Shown here: in pieces, positions 14,145 to 27,999 of the stretch | How positions within the stretch are numbered: position 1 is the first letter of the stretch | Layout: every line of letters begins with the position of its first letter | From: Octopus sinensis | Taxonomy: Eukaryota | Reading direction: 5' to 3' | Length of the DNA: 64,000 nt | Assembly: GCF_006345805.1 (NCBI RefSeq) | Contig: NC_042997.1 | Location: 173,352,001 to 173,416,000 of the forward strand | The notes under the pieces: generated by a model | What the model saw: only the letters and a program-made list of their open reading frames with translations | Told to the model about the DNA's origin: nothing | The model's database searches: none | Made by a program: the position numbers and the translations under genes

Positions 14145-15116
14145 GTATGTATGTATGTATATATATCTGGTATATATATATATAAATATATAATTAATAT
14201 ATATATATATATATATATGTATGTTATGTATGTATGTATGTATGTATGATGTATGTTTGTATATATTTATATATATATATATATATATAATAATAATATA
14301 TATATTATATATATATATATATATATATGCAAAACTTTGAAATGTATGAATTAAGTGTTGGCACATATATACGTCGGGTAAAGGCAATAGACACACAAAC
14401 ACACGCCACATACACACCGATTCATATACGCAGGAACAAGGAACTTATATAAGTACAGTGGAAGCTGTACTGCCAGTTCGCATGTTCTCACTCGCACGCA
14501 CTCACATATCGTTTGATTAATCAATGGAAAGAAATATTTTGAGATTAAGTGGATTATATTAAGCATAATTTTTTTTTCTGGTTAGAATATATGTCACATC
14601 TGGCTCTCTTAAATATTAATCCTATATTTAATTCTGATTTGTAGGAGGAGTAAATATTTGGAGTAAACCCGGTTTGGTTTACAAATGAGAAATTGCGTTG
14701 GAAGTTCAACACCAAAATTCTAAAAGCCAAATACAAATAATACCACACATGCGAACATGTGTGATACTGTGGATAGGATAAATCCATATCGGTAGCTTGG
14801 ACTGCTTAAAATAGAAGACATATTTCCCTCAAATCCAGGCTTCCATCTTGAAAAGAGGGGGGTATTGGATAACGTTGTCTCAGTCAAGACGGTATTGGGC
14901 CTAAACAACGATGTTTTTCAAAATAGCTCTTATGTAAGTTTGTGCTCATTATAGAGGTTTGAGCAGTTTTAGTTAAATAAAATGGCTCGGATCTTTCATT
15001 TCTCAATAGAAAGGGATGAACGGCACCAAACTGAGTGTTTCATTTCATCCGTTTGAAGACGACGCCTTCTTTGCTGATCCAATGATACCTAGAAAGTCAC
15101 AGGTTATATATATATA

Positions 15117-15333
15117 TATTTCTTTATTGCCCACAAGGGGCTAAACATGGAGGGGGCAAACAAAGACAGACTAAGGGATTAAGTCGATTTCATCGTCCCC
15201 AGTGCGTAACTGGTACTTTATTTATCGACCCCGAAAGGATGAAAGACAAAGTCGACCTCGGTAGAATTTGAACTCAGAACGTAATGGCTAAGCATTTCGC
15301 CCGGCGCGCTAACGTTTTTGACAGCTCGCCACC
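15117..15333 (-). mobile_element. SINE family A
   Basis: Reverse complement of the A consensus. Confidence 0.9.
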
Positions 15334-15365
15334 TTCATAACAGCTCGCAGGTTATATATATATAG

Positions 15366-15404
<39 letters not shown>

Positions 15405-15605
15405 CTCTTTTACTCTTTTACTTGTTTTAGTCATTTGACTGTGGCCATGATGGAGCACCGCCTTTAGTCGAGCAAATCGACCCCAGGAATTATTCTTTTT
15501 TAACCCTAGTACTTATTCTATCGTTCCCTTTTGCAGAACCGCTAAGTCACGGGGACGTAAACAGCATCGGTTGTCAAGCGATTTTGGGGGGACAAACACA
15601 GACAC
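15405..15605 (-). mobile_element. SINE family B, 3' half
   Basis: CTCTTTTACTCTTTTACTTG...CATCGGTTGTCAAGCG. Confidence 0.85.
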
Positions 15606-15639
15606 ACAAACATACACATACACACACATATAATAGAAT

Positions 15640-15762
15640 AGGCGTGCCGGTGTGGTGAGAAGCCTGCTTTCCAACCACATGGTTCCGGGTTGAATCTCAC
15701 TGCGTGGTACCTTGGACAAATGTCTTCTACCATAGCCTCGGGCCGACCAAAGAAGCCCATCG
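15640..15762 (+). mobile_element. SINE family B, 5' half
   Basis: GGCGTGCCGGTGTGGTGAGAAGC...GGCCGACCAAAG. Confidence 0.8.
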
Positions 15763-15795
15763 CACACACACACACATATAATATAATATATATAT

Positions 15796-15839
<44 letters not shown>

Positions 15840-16336
15840 TATGTGTGTGTGTATGCATATATGTATATGGGCTCGCACATGCATTTTATAAAACATAAAA
15901 TACCAAATGCCATACATGCTTTCTGTATGTGATTAATCCTCTTGCGTGGCTCGTATTCCGCACACTAACCTATCCTGTGGTTTTATTCCCCGCGTCGTAT
16001 CATACGGAATATTGAAGTGGAGTGAGGGACCAACTGCTGAGCCCGAACTTCAGTTACTTGTCGCGCCTCACAACGCGCGCACACACGCACACACATACGC
16101 GCGTGCGCATTTATATAATCATACACAGCAGAAGTGCACAAAAGAGAATTCAGCTAACCTAGGAACCTCAACGCGGTTGTTCGCTCCACTTGAAATCTCA
16201 CCCTTTCTCGAATCACCCACGTCGAACCTCCCATCTTGTATTCTTGCTAGATATGTGGTTCTCTCTCCCTGTCTCTCTCTCTCTTTTTTTCTGTCTCTCT
16301 ACTGTTATCCTGATGTTCTCCGCGCTGTTAATGATG

Positions 16337-17090
16337 CTTTCTATTATAGACATAAAGCCTGAAATTTGGGGGAGGGGGATAATCAATTACAGCGACCCCA
16401 GTACTCAACTAGTACTTAATTTATCGACCCCGAAAGAATGAAAGGTATAGTCGACTTCGGCGGCATTTGAACTGAGAACGATGCTTTTCTACTCTAGGCA
16501 CAAAGCCCGAAATTTCGGGGGAGTGGGGCCAGTCGATTATATCGACCTCAGTACTCAACTGGTACATAATTTATTTGATCCCGAAAGGATGAAAGGCAAA
16601 GTCGACCTCGGCGGAATTTGAACTCAGAACGTAGCGGCAGACGAAATACCTATTTCTTTACTACCCACAAGGGGCTAAACACAGAGAGGACAAACAAGGA
16701 CAAACAAACGGATTAAGTGGATTATATCGACCCCAGTGCGTAACTGGTACTTATTTAATCGACCCCGAAAGGATGAAAGGCAAAGTCGACCTCGGCGGAA
16801 TTTGAACTCGGAATGTAGCGGCAGACGAAATACCGCTAAGCATTCCACCCTGCGTGCTAACGTTTCTTATTTCTTTATTGCCTACAAGGGGCTAAAACAT
16901 AGAGGGGACAAACAAGGACAGACAAAGGGATTAAGTCGATTACATCGACCCCAGCGCGTAACTGATACTTAATTTATTGACTCTGAAAGGATGAAAGGTA
17001 AAGTCGACCTCGGCGGAATTTGAACTCAGAACATAAAGACAGTCGAAATGCTGCTAAGCATTTCAACCGGCGTGCCAACGTTTCTGTCAG
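16337..17090 (-). mobile_element. Array of four head-to-tail, mostly 5'-truncated SINE A copies
   Basis: GTCGAC(C/T)TCGGCGG occurs four times. Junctions at ~16480, ~16650 and ~16866. Confidence 0.9.
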
Positions 17091-17190
17091 NNNNNNNNNN
17101 NNNNNNNNNNNNNNNNNNNNNNNNNNNNNNNNNNNNNNNNNNNNNNNNNNNNNNNNNNNNNNNNNNNNNNNNNNNNNNNNNNNNNNNNNN
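17091..17190. other. Assembly gap (100 N)
   Basis: Run of n. Confidence 1.
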
Positions 17191-17487
17191 AGCTAACGTA
17201 CAGATATGTAAACGATATTAGTTCTTCGGGACCGTATTCCTCACCGCGAGGAGAGTGGTTATCTGTGGCAATTCGAGAGCTAATACATGCGACCGAGGCC
17301 GCGATTGCAGGTCGCATCTGGGCATATGATATGATATGAATTATTTTCATCTCTGCGAAGTAAAGGAAAAGCAGAACATGGATAAAAAGCGATTTCTTTA
17401 TAGAAGGCTAGATAGATAGATAGACAGACAGATATATAGATCAACAGAGAGACCGACAGACATATGGAAATGTATATAGATATACAG

Positions 17488-17793
17488 TGGAGGCGCAATG
17501 GCCTAGTGGTTAGGGCAGCGGACTCGCGGTCGCAGGATGGCGGTTCGATTCCCAGACCGGGCGTTGTGAGTGTTTATTGAGCGAAAACACCTAAAAAGCT
17601 CCACGAGGCTCCGGCAAGGGGTGGTGATCCCTGCTGTACTCTTTCACCACTCTTTCTCCCACTCTTTCTTCGTTGGCCTGCTCGCTTAGCCAGCGGGGTG
17701 GTGTCATTCGAAGGCTAAAACAATGCGAACGCATTGTGACCAGCGATGTGTAACAACATCTGATGGTCTGGTCGGTCACGTGATCACGTGATA
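17488..17793 (+). mobile_element. SINE: C head + C2 tail
   Basis: GGAGGCGCAATGGCCTAGTGGTTAGGGCAGCGGACTCGCGG...GGTTCGATTCCC; tail ends GTCACGTGATCACGTGATA. Confidence 0.9.
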
Positions 17794-18249
17794 TAGATAT
17801 GCATACTGAAAAATATAGAGAGATATAGTGACGGCTTGATAGTTGCAAATATAACTAAATAGATAGATCGATATATATAGTGTGAATACGTGAAATAATA
17901 TAAAAAAAAATACAGAAACGATATTAAGTACATGCTGTAACATGTGTAAGCAAGTGTAAAAATAAGTAACATGTAGCTGATCAATTGCCTTTGGAAAGGC
18001 CAATTGCTGTAAAAGGAAGGGGTTATTAAGCAATCCCCTCTAGTTTAGTAACAACGACAGCAACGATTTCTGGCTGTCACCTCGGCAGAAAAGAGGCGAT
18101 TAAATGTGTGAATTTTGACACGTTTATTGAGCATCGATCTATCAATCAGTTGTTCACTGAAGTTTATTTATTCTTCCTCTGCTCCTTAACTTGCCTTTGT
18201 CTATGTGTATTTATGTGCATGCGTATGCAAATGTGTGCATTTGTGTGTG

Positions 18250-18284
<35 letters not shown>

Positions 18285-18379
18285 GGTATGTGCGCGTATG
18301 TACGCGTGTACATCTTTGTATATATATGAGTGTATCAAGGATACTAAGACACATTTCTACGTTCATCCCTCTTTCTCGC

Positions 18380-18419
<40 letters not shown>

Positions 18420-18698
18420 CATAAATAAGCAAGTGCGAGTACACACAACACACAACACACACACACACACACACACACAATCATGCACATATACGCTTAT
18501 ATTCACATACATGCATTCATACATTTATATAAACTATTATTAAGTATGTATGTGTGTGTGTGCATATATATATATATATATATAGGTACACAATCCTTTA
18601 TACCGAAATCTAAAGTATATATATATATATATATATATACAACCCACACATACATACACACATACATATATATATACATACATGCATACATACATACA

Positions 18699-18744
<46 letters not shown>

Positions 18745-18750
18745 CACACG

Positions 18751-18782
<32 letters not shown>

Positions 18783-19597
18783 GATATACATACACACACA
18801 AATATATATATATATATGTGTGTGTGTATATATATATATATACAAACATATATCTGTGTGTAAGTGTGTGTTTGTGTATGTACGTATATGTGAATGTGTG
18901 TGTGTACGGATGCACATATTCTACTGCATCTATCCATCTTACTTGATATCTTGAAAATTCTCGAAAATTCTTTCGTATTTGTTTTATAAAGTTTGGTATT
19001 CTTACTTTTCCTCAACTTGTATTTCAATCTTCTTTTCGTGCAGTTCTCCTTTTTCGTTTCCTTTTTGTATGGCACACAAAAATATGTGTGTGTACGTGTG
19101 TGTGTGTATGTGTATGTGTGTATCATCCCAACACAGGTACTCAGTCTCGTACACATACACACGCGTAGGGTGCAGTATGGTTAAATCGTTTAACAGTTCG
19201 CTTCGCAACCGCGAGGCATCAAATTCGATCTCACTGCGGGCATCTTGGGCCGATGTAATTTTCTGTAGTCTAGGGGAAACCTGTATTTTGTGAATGAAAT
19301 TGTGTGAAGAAAAATTGTATAGGAAATTGTCTGTTAGAATTTGCCTGTAATTCAAACAGTACAGCCTTGTCATAGTTCTTGCCTGCAGATTTTGTTTCAG
19401 GAATGAGTATGTCTGTGTCTATGTTCTCTTAGACACAGATGCACAGTCACAAAGGCTCACACACACACACACATGTGCGCACTGTCAACGATACAGGCAC
19501 TGCTGTCCCAAAACACAAATACGCACATTTCGAGGACCGTAGATGGTGGTGTATATTTGTGTAAATATAATAAAATAAATAAATGCACCCTTTTTTA

Positions 19598-20084
19598 AAA
19601 CCTAGCCAGACTCATGGGCCCGGTTTCCCGGTTTCTATGGCTTGTGTGTTCCCCAGCTGGGCGGGAAGCCAGTCCATCGCAGCGTTACTCATCTTTGCCT
19701 GCTGAGTGGACTGGAGCAACATGAAATGAAGTGTTTTGCTCAAGAACACAATGCGTTGCCCGGTCCAGGACTCGAAACCACAATCTTACGATCATGGTGC
19801 TGACACCAAAACCACTAAGCAACGCGCCTCCACATAAATGAGCTCTTTTTAAAGCCTAGCCAAGCTCATGGGCCCGGTTTCCCAGTTTCAATGGCGTGTG
19901 TGTTCCCCAGCTGGGCGGGGCGCCAGTCCATCGCAGCGTTACTCATCTTTGCCAGCTGAGTGAACTGGAGCAACATGAAATGAAGTGTTTGGCTCTAGAA
20001 CACAACGCGTCGCCTGTCCAGGAATCGAAACCACAATCTTACGATCATGGTGCTGACACCCTAACCACTAAGCCACGCGCCTCC
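19598..20084 (-). mobile_element. Tandem pair of SINEs (D head + D2 tail)
   Basis: Two ~235-bp copies (19598-19833, 19850-20084). Tail contains GCGATGGACTGGC...GAAACCGGGCCCATGAG. Confidence 0.9.
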
Positions 20085-20315
20085 AGTGTGTAAATATGCA
20101 TACCAAAAAATGAATAAATAAACCTTCTAAAAAAGGGGCTTAATCTACTAGACCATGGATTCTCAACCATGTTTTTTCTCCATGGCCTCATTTGATTACT
20201 ATTTCGCTCTGGTGGACTCCCATCATATTCGGTGATTAAAAACTAGTTTTATAGAAACTTTTTTTCAATATTCCTACTTTGTTTTTCACACGTTAAATCA
20301 TATAATTTGAACTAT

Positions 20316-20561
20316 ACTCTTTTACTCATTTACTCTTTTACTTGTTTCAGTCATTTGACTGTGGCCATGTTGGAGCACCACTTTTAGTCGAGCAAATCGA
20401 CCCCAAGGACTTATTCTTTGTAAGCCTAGTACTTATTCTATCGACTTCATTTGACGAACCGCTAAGTTACGGGGACGTAAATACACCAGCATCGGTTGTC
20501 TACCAAATCCACTCACAAGGCTTTGGTCGGCCCGAGGCTATCGTAGAAGACACTTGCCCAA
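20316..20561 (-). mobile_element. SINE family B, deleted across its internal microsatellite
   Basis: 3' and 5' halves are fused at ~20500. Confidence 0.8.
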
Positions 20562-20700
20562 GTTTAAAAAGAGAGATAGAAATAGACAGAAAAAAAGGAG
20601 AATGTCCTTTGCATTTGAAAACTATGGGAATAATTAAAAAAAAACAAAAAAACATTTCATTTAATTTTTCCACAATTTAATTGCTTTCCATACTTCACTC

Positions 20701-20799
20701 AACGTTGAAAAAGTCGCAGTGACTGAAACCGGTACTAAAATATCCTTGATGATAAAATTATTTTAGCATTTTCTACCTGGTCTTATTTTCCTTATATAT
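20701..20799 (+). ncRNA. Hammerhead-like motif with UUGAAAA core, family F
   Basis: UUGAAAA AGUCG-CAG-UGACU GAA ACCGGU A at 20705-20734; stem I is poor. Downstream resembles 29280-29352. Confidence 0.4.
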
Positions 20800-20831
20800 A
20801 GCAACTCGTGCGTTCCTTTTCAACCTTCTAC

Positions 20832-20882
<51 letters not shown>

Positions 20883-20981
20883 TACATCTCTCTCTCTCCT
20901 CTCTCTCTCTCCTCTCTCTCGCTCTCTCTTCTCTCCTCTCACCTCTCTCTCTCTCTCTCTCTCTAGTCTATATATATATAT

Positions 20982-21013
<32 letters not shown>

Positions 21014-21498
21014 TATAACTACTTATATGCTTGTGCGTATACATTTTACATACATCTAGCCGTAAGTATGTGTATAAATATATGATTGAATTTTCTACAT
21101 TCCACAAAAAAAAAAAAATAACATCATAAACAGCAGCAACAACATAAAAAAAATGATGTACACCAGAAACATCAAACAAAGACGGTGTCATATATAACCA
21201 ATCTTCGAAACTGAGTTACCATCAGTTTGATGCCAGACGTCCTATAATCGGAAAGAAACATCTTTAATATAATTATATTTCAACCTACCATAATTAAAAA
21301 AAAATTATCTCACGCCCACTTATTCACTTATCTAAATTTCGTCTTGTTATAATGTGAAGTCACACACACACGCACTCACGCACTCACATTTTCTTTCTAA
21401 GTCTTTGTCTCCGTCTCTTTCTCTCTTGGTTGTGTGGCTGAGTTCGGAGTCATATGTTGTATGCGCACACACATAGATATATATACGTATATACATCT

Positions 21499-21550
<52 letters not shown>

Positions 21551-21723
21551 TATCTATCTATCTATCTGTCAATCCGTTGTCAATCTATATACAGTGGGGT
21601 CTCTAGTTAGGATAGTTTACGATATTTGGTTCGGATCTTTGCACTGCGAGTTAAAACACCGCCGTATCCTACATGACTGGGAGTCTTAAATCGTTCCAGT
21701 TTAGGACTCTAGTTTATAATTAC

Positions 21724-21783
<60 letters not shown>

Positions 21784-22429
21784 CTTCCTACTGACCTCAG
21801 AGGACACAAAAGGGTCGGAAGCACTGCCCTTTTCCCCTGATTCAATAACCATAAAAGAACAACTTTCTAAATATACAATAATCTGTCTTAAACGAATGAA
21901 TCGTATCTGTCCATTGTATCTATTTACTACTAAGTGAACTGAGTCAGCGAATGCTAGATTTCTCGACCATGACACAATACAAACCACCAGCCCTCGGTTC
22001 ATTAGTTTAAGATTCTCTCGACTCCACTCGGTTCGTGTCACTATTATAACGATAACATAGAGGCAGTTAGAGTCGTTGCGATGCAGCAAGACTAAGGGAA
22101 AGAAAAGAACTAAGAGTATCAAATTGATAGTAGTAGATGTTCATATTGAATTAGGAAGTATTAAAGGAGCGGAGCATATGGTAGCATTGGTAAAAGAGCA
22201 CATGGAAAATAGGAAAAAGTTAAGCGCAAATTTCGCATTCGTTATCGGAAAGCAATGAATTTTGATAGTTTAAGACATATAAAAGTTGGTAATCGTGTGT
22301 TCGTTAGCGGCAGTCTATGTCAGTTTTGGTTTAATGTTAACAGTAAGTAGACAAATTTCGGATTGTAGATTATTATTGGCTGTTGGCCAGCATCAGTGTT
22401 AAATTGGTGTTTACGTTTCGTTAGCAATA

Positions 22430-22965
22430 GCACAAACCAATATTATCACTTCAACACATTCGAATATTGCCTGGTTATTTTGAGATTAGCGTTTGACTCT
22501 CCGTTAGAAACAGCAGAAATTTGTGTTTGTTCGTTAGCAACAGCGCGAATCACATTTAGTATTCACTTAGCAGTGACGGAAACTAGAATTCGTTAGTCGG
22601 TTCCCCAAGCATTGCGAATTAACTCCGGTTGGCGGTAGGTAAATCAACAATTTAAATTTTAGTTGTCTGCAGTTTTGATTCCGTTGTTGCTTAGCGACAG
22701 TTTGATTTATCATCATTCGCACAAACCAATATTATCACTTCAACACTCCAATAGAAACAGCAGAAATTAGCATTTGTTCATTAGCAACAATGCGAATCAC
22801 ATTTAGTTTTCACTTAGCAGTGACGGAAACTAGAATTCGTTTGTCGGTTCCCCAAGCATTGCGAATTAACTTCGGTTGGCGGTAGATAAATCAACAATTT
22901 AAATTTTAGTTGTCCGCAGTTTTGATTCCCTTGTTGCTTAGCGACATTCTGATTTATCATCACTC
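22430..22965 (+). repeat. Tandem duplication (289 bp + ~247 bp)
   Basis: Units start GCACAAACCAATATTATCACTTCAACAC at 22430 and 22719. The second unit has a ~40-bp deletion. Confidence 0.9.
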
Positions 22966-23827
22966 GTTGTCGATTAGCAACAACACAAAGCAGCTTCGGT
23001 TTTGTACAGGCATTTAGTAAAGTATAAACAGAGTTAACAACACTTAAAATGTTATTGCCTTTGGCTGGTTGATACTTCTGTCTTTATAGCACTATAGATC
23101 TATCAACTGTAAACACTACTAGCTTTCTGCCTCCATGCTATCATCAGGAACGCAATGTTGAATGCCAGAACACCGTGTTAATAAAAGACTTTTAGACTTA
23201 CTGAACATGAGAAAAAAAAATATGGAAGCGACAAAGTATCATATACAAAAACAATATAAATATTAAACAACAATGATTTCATTTTTCTATTCGGCATTCT
23301 CTTTAAAATTACAACGTCCTTGACAGTGCATGGACTATGTGAAAGTAGCAACCTCGTATACAGACAAATAAGTAGATATAAACACGTACACACGCACACA
23401 CAGGCACACACAAACACACACAGAACACACACAATACACTAACATGCAAACCATACAAGACCATATATAGCACAATACATCTATCTCTTTACGAAACCTT
23501 TCTACGGTTTTCAAAGTGTGCACATATGTCTAAAGCGATAAGCATCAACTGACAGTTAACATTCATTTTTCCCAGCCAAGTTTACAGCCAAACGAACGCC
23601 AATGAACTCTCGTTTTTCTCTCTTTCTTACAATGAAATAATAAAAAAAACTTTCAATTGCTTTGCTATCTTTGTTTGTATAGCGCAAATGTTTCAAGAGG
23701 GGCCTTCTGGAAACTGTCTGTCAACCTGAACTTCTGACTTCAGTCACTTATCCACACTCATCAACACCCGTCTACAATAGTTCACTCACACACATTTCAC
23801 TGACGTCCTTGTTGTAGTGCTAACTTG

Positions 23828-24081
23828 CACCAACACCACCACCACCACCACCACCACCACCACCACCATCACCACCACCATCACCACCACTACCACCATC
23901 ACCACTATCACCACTATCACCATTACCACCACCACCACCACCACCAGCACATCCACCACCACCACCATCACCACCACCACCACCACCACTACCACCATCA
24001 CCACTATCACCACTATCACCATTACCACCACTGCCACCGCCACCGCCGCCGCCGCCGCTGCTGCTGCTGCTGTTGCTGCTG

Positions 24082-24121
<40 letters not shown>

Positions 24122-24156
24122 CTACCTACTACTACTACTACTACTACTACTACTAG
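23828..24156. repeat. Compound trinucleotide tract (CAC/CAT, GCC, GCT, CTA)
   Basis: Direct inspection. Confidence 0.95.
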
Positions 24157-24269
24157 CAAAATAATGAAAAAAATCAGCGAGTTATATTTTTACTCATTAT
24201 TATTATTGTAGCTGTTCTTGCTGCTACTGCTGTTGTTGTTATGTGGACTACAAAAAATGTTAATGCTCT

Positions 24270-24800
24270 CCGGAAGACGGTGAAATTTTTGATTCCGTCC
24301 TTCATGTGTCCTAATGTTTCTATGACCACCAGCTTTTATTTCGGTCTTCATAATACAGACAGGTCCTGTTGATTTCTGTCTCTAAGATCTTTGTATTTGG
24401 CCAGCTTCTCTGTAAGCTTTCACAGAAATTGCTTCTTTTTGAAAGACAATGTAATGTCACTAAGTACATATCTGACTTTCCTCGTCTTTGATAACAATGT
24501 CAGACAACATTGTTCTTAATGACCATGTTTGGTTCATGTTTAGTTAATGTTCATACTACTTCCTGATTGCTTTGTTTTCTTACTCCTGTATATTTTTCCA
24601 GTGCACACTCACCGCTGACTTGTAATGTCTGTGAATGTATTCGGTTTTTGCTAATTCCAAGCATCCAAAGACAATGTTGATAATGATTTACCTTATATTT
24701 ACCAGAGATCCTGAATTATGAATGTTTTAACCTTGTTAATGCAATAGCGATAGGATCTAATTGCGAGAATCTAACTCTTTGCAGTAATTATCAGACCTAC
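24270..24800 (-). pseudogene. R4/Dong-like (RLE-type) non-LTR retrotransposon C-terminal fragment
   Basis: Minus translation gives IINIVFGCLELAKTEYIHRHYKSAVSVHWK (knuckle/RHD region), then DIVIKDEE...EKLAKYKDL...VVIETLG (PD-D/ExK endonuclease-like). Confidence 0.75.
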
Positions 24801-24823
24801 CATTTTTTGGTTCCAGTCCAGGA

Positions 24824-25043
24824 CGCAGGTGTGGCTGTATAGTAAGTAGTAAGTACTTAATTATACATATACAGCGTGGCTGTGTGGTAAGAAGCTTGCC
24901 TCCCAACTACGTGATTCCGTGTTCAGTCCCACTGTGTCGCATCTCGGGCAAGTGATCTTCTGCTATGACGCAAGGTCGACAAGAGCCCTTGTGAGTGGTT
25001 TTGGCAGACTGAAACTGAAAGAAGCCCGCCGTATATACATACG

Positions 25044-25102
<59 letters not shown>

Positions 25103-25431
25103 TATCACCGTGATCACCGTGACCGATTAGGCTACCAAATGTTGCTACACATCGCTGGTCACAATGCATTTCACATTGTTTTAGTTTTCAAATGACGCCA
25201 CCCCGCCGGCTAAGCGAGCAGGCCAACAGGAGAAAGAGTGAGAGAAAGTTGTGGCGAAAGAGTACAGCAGGGATCGCCACAACCCCTTGCTGGAGCCTCG
25301 TGGGGATTAGGTGTTTTCACTCAATAAACACTCACAACGCCCGGTCTGGGAATCGAAATTGCGATCCTACAACCGCGAGTCCGCTGCCCTAACTACTGGA
25401 CCATTATATATATATATATATATATATATAC

Positions 25432-25471
<40 letters not shown>

Positions 25472-25665
25472 TGTGTGTGCGTGCACGCGCGAGTGTTTTT
25501 ATGCGTTTGTCACCTATCAGCGTTTTACAATTGGTGTTGGTAGTTCAGCAATAGTAACAGGTTTAAAGAAATAAATATTGGTATCTATTTATTTGACTTA
25601 GCCATTCAGGCGGTGACCCCTGCATAGCTGCAGTCCAATGATTGGAACAGGTAAAAGCTAAGAGA
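24824..25665 (+). mobile_element. SINE family B interrupted in its internal microsatellite by a SINE C copy
   Basis: 5' half at 24824-25035; degraded 3' half at ~25500-25665. Confidence 0.7.
25101..25405 (-). mobile_element. SINE: C head + C2 tail
   Basis: Reverse complement of the 17488 copy. Confidence 0.9.
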
Positions 25666-25915
25666 TACAATATATAAGTGAGTTTGGAGGGATATATTAT
25701 CCAGGCGGATACCGAATTAGCTTTCAGTGAAGTTCCTTTTTACGGCTAACCACGATCGGTATGTAAACGTTTGTGTCCACACTTAGTAGTTAGTCGCACG
25801 GTGAATTACAATTATAATATGCTGTATAAAGCTATAAAATTAATATTGTCGATGTACAAGTCTCCATACACTTCATTATTATTAATATCATTTATATATA
25901 TATATATATATATAG

Positions 25916-25947
<32 letters not shown>

Positions 25948-25951
25948 ATTA

Positions 25952-26135
25952 TAGGGAGAGTTTACGAAACAAACAAAAGACGCGACAGGTGGTGTACAAA
26001 ACAAACAGATGTATTAGTATAACTCTCAGGAATAGAAAAAGTCTTTTACGTTTCGAGCCTACGCTCTTCTACAGAAAGGGACACAGAAAAAAACAAGGAG
26101 AGAAAAAAATGTGTGTAGTGGTTAACGATCTATCA
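25952..26135 (-). mobile_element. Repeat E1 with hammerhead-like motif at 26043-26078
   Basis: CUUU CUGUAGA A GAGC-GUAG-GCUC GAA ACGU A AAAG. Confidence 0.7.
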
Positions 26136-26162
26136 TGGCAACTAACTGCCAGACAGAAGGGT

Positions 26163-26214
<52 letters not shown>

Positions 26215-26524
26215 TAGATACATGCATACTTACATATACACACACGCAAAAAGCGACACATGCAGGCGCACACATACATATGTAATTGTTTATGGAGCAA
26301 TAGATCTCGGAGCATATAAAGCTATAAATGATGAACGTAAATATTGGATTGAAAAATCCCCCAATGGGTGGAAAGGTAGAAGGGTGCCTTTAAGTTTTTC
26401 TCCCGAAGAAAAGCTCTAAATATACAGTAGCTGCTGCTGCTGCTGCTACTACTACTACTACTACTACTACTATACTACTACTACTACTACTACTACTAAT
26501 GCTAATAATAATAATAATAATAAT

Positions 26525-26710
26525 GTTTTAAAAGAAACAATTTTCGCATGGTTTTTTAGACATTCACTAGTACAACACTAAGTACAAAACCAAATATATG
26601 GCACCCTAGGCATCACACCAGCATGAACTTCCAACTTGTTGTCTCTTGAGGTCTCTGGGTGAGATTTGGAGCCAACTTGTACAAAATAAAGCAAAAGTCA
26701 AACAAATATA
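26525..26710 (+). mobile_element. Probable 3' end of a TAA-targeting (Dong/R4-like) LINE
   Basis: Complex ~185-bp island ending CAAAAGTCAAACAAAT, embedded in (TAA)n on both sides. Confidence 0.5.
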
Positions 26711-26765
26711 ATAATAATATAATAATAATAATAATAATAAATAATATAATAATAATAATGATGAT

Positions 26766-26799
<34 letters not shown>

Positions 26800-26819
26800 C
26801 GATGACGATGATGATGATG

Positions 26820-26862
<43 letters not shown>

Positions 26863-26980
26863 AATAATAATAATAATAAAATAATAACGAGGAGGATGAT
26901 GAAGATGAGAATGGTAATGATGATAATGATGATGATGATGATATGATGATTATGACGACAACGACGACAATGATAATAGC
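26707..26980. repeat. (TAA)n/(TGA)n tract
   Basis: Direct inspection. Confidence 0.95.
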
Positions 26981-27174
26981 TATACTACGGATATGCTAAC
27001 AAAATTGCGTTAAATGTTAAGGTTGATGTTTGCACTAAATTTCTAATGAGACCTGTTTAGCAGCAATTAACTGTCAGTTAATTAGTAAAGTAAGAAACAC
27101 CAAGTAATTGATATACTAGTAATAAGTAGCTTTTATATGATATACAGAATTCTGTAAATGTGCACACGCGCGCG

Positions 27175-27223
<49 letters not shown>

Positions 27224-27241
27224 GCGCACACACACACACAC

Positions 27242-27290
<49 letters not shown>

Positions 27291-27578
27291 TGTCGGAGTT
27301 AAGACTGTTACCCTCATCCCAAATTTAACGTAACCGAATCAGTCAAGATTATCAGCAAATGTCATGCGTACTGTTCTGACTTGCATATAAACAAAAATAT
27401 ACATATTTAAACACACACATACACACACACACACACACACGGACACACATCAACGCAGGCATGAATTCATAGATATAGATGCTATGCGAATTGAATGACT
27501 TAACCATCAAGCGAATAATGCAATCGGTCACCTGATCAGCTTGAAATAGTGGCCTGATCTTCCTCAAGTTACGCCTAT

Positions 27579-27773
27579 GGCGAGCTGGCAGAGTCATTAG
27601 CACGCCGGGCGAAATGCGTAGCCGTATGTTGCCGTTACGTTCAGTTCATTTAAGGCAACTTTGCTTTCGGGTCGAAAATTAAGTACCAGTACGCACTGGG
27701 ATGATGTAATCGATTTAATCGTTTGTCTGTCCTTGTTTGTCCCCTCTATATTAGCCCGTGGGTAATAAAGAAA
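27579..27773 (+). mobile_element. SINE family A with small deletions
   Basis: Head GGCGAGCTGGCAGAG; tail GTGGGTAATAAAGAAA. Confidence 0.8.
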
Positions 27774-27999
27774 CATATATTAAATAAGACGCATGTAATT
27801 TAGTTTACTTCTAACATTGATAGCGGTGGCGATCTTGCATAAGGTTTCGATCAGGAATTTCTGAGGTCTAAATATGACTCTCTTACCGTAACATTGAGGG
27901 TTCCGCAACTACGTTCAGATTCCCCGGTTCTTGCTAAACACTGCACAGATGAGTGATCAAATTTATGCGAACACAAGTAGACTTAATTCATCAAATCCT

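Noticed and set aside
16337-17090. CRISPR-like periodic repeats
   Set aside because: The units are long SINE copies, with no unique spacers or cas genes, in a eukaryotic context.
17488-17560. tRNA genes at SINE heads
   Set aside because: A/B boxes are present, but they continue into multi-copy SINE bodies, some with TSDs; not genuine tRNAs.
23786-24211. Poly-His/Thr/Val ORFs
   Set aside because: They come from a trinucleotide tract open in several frames, with no splice or domain support.
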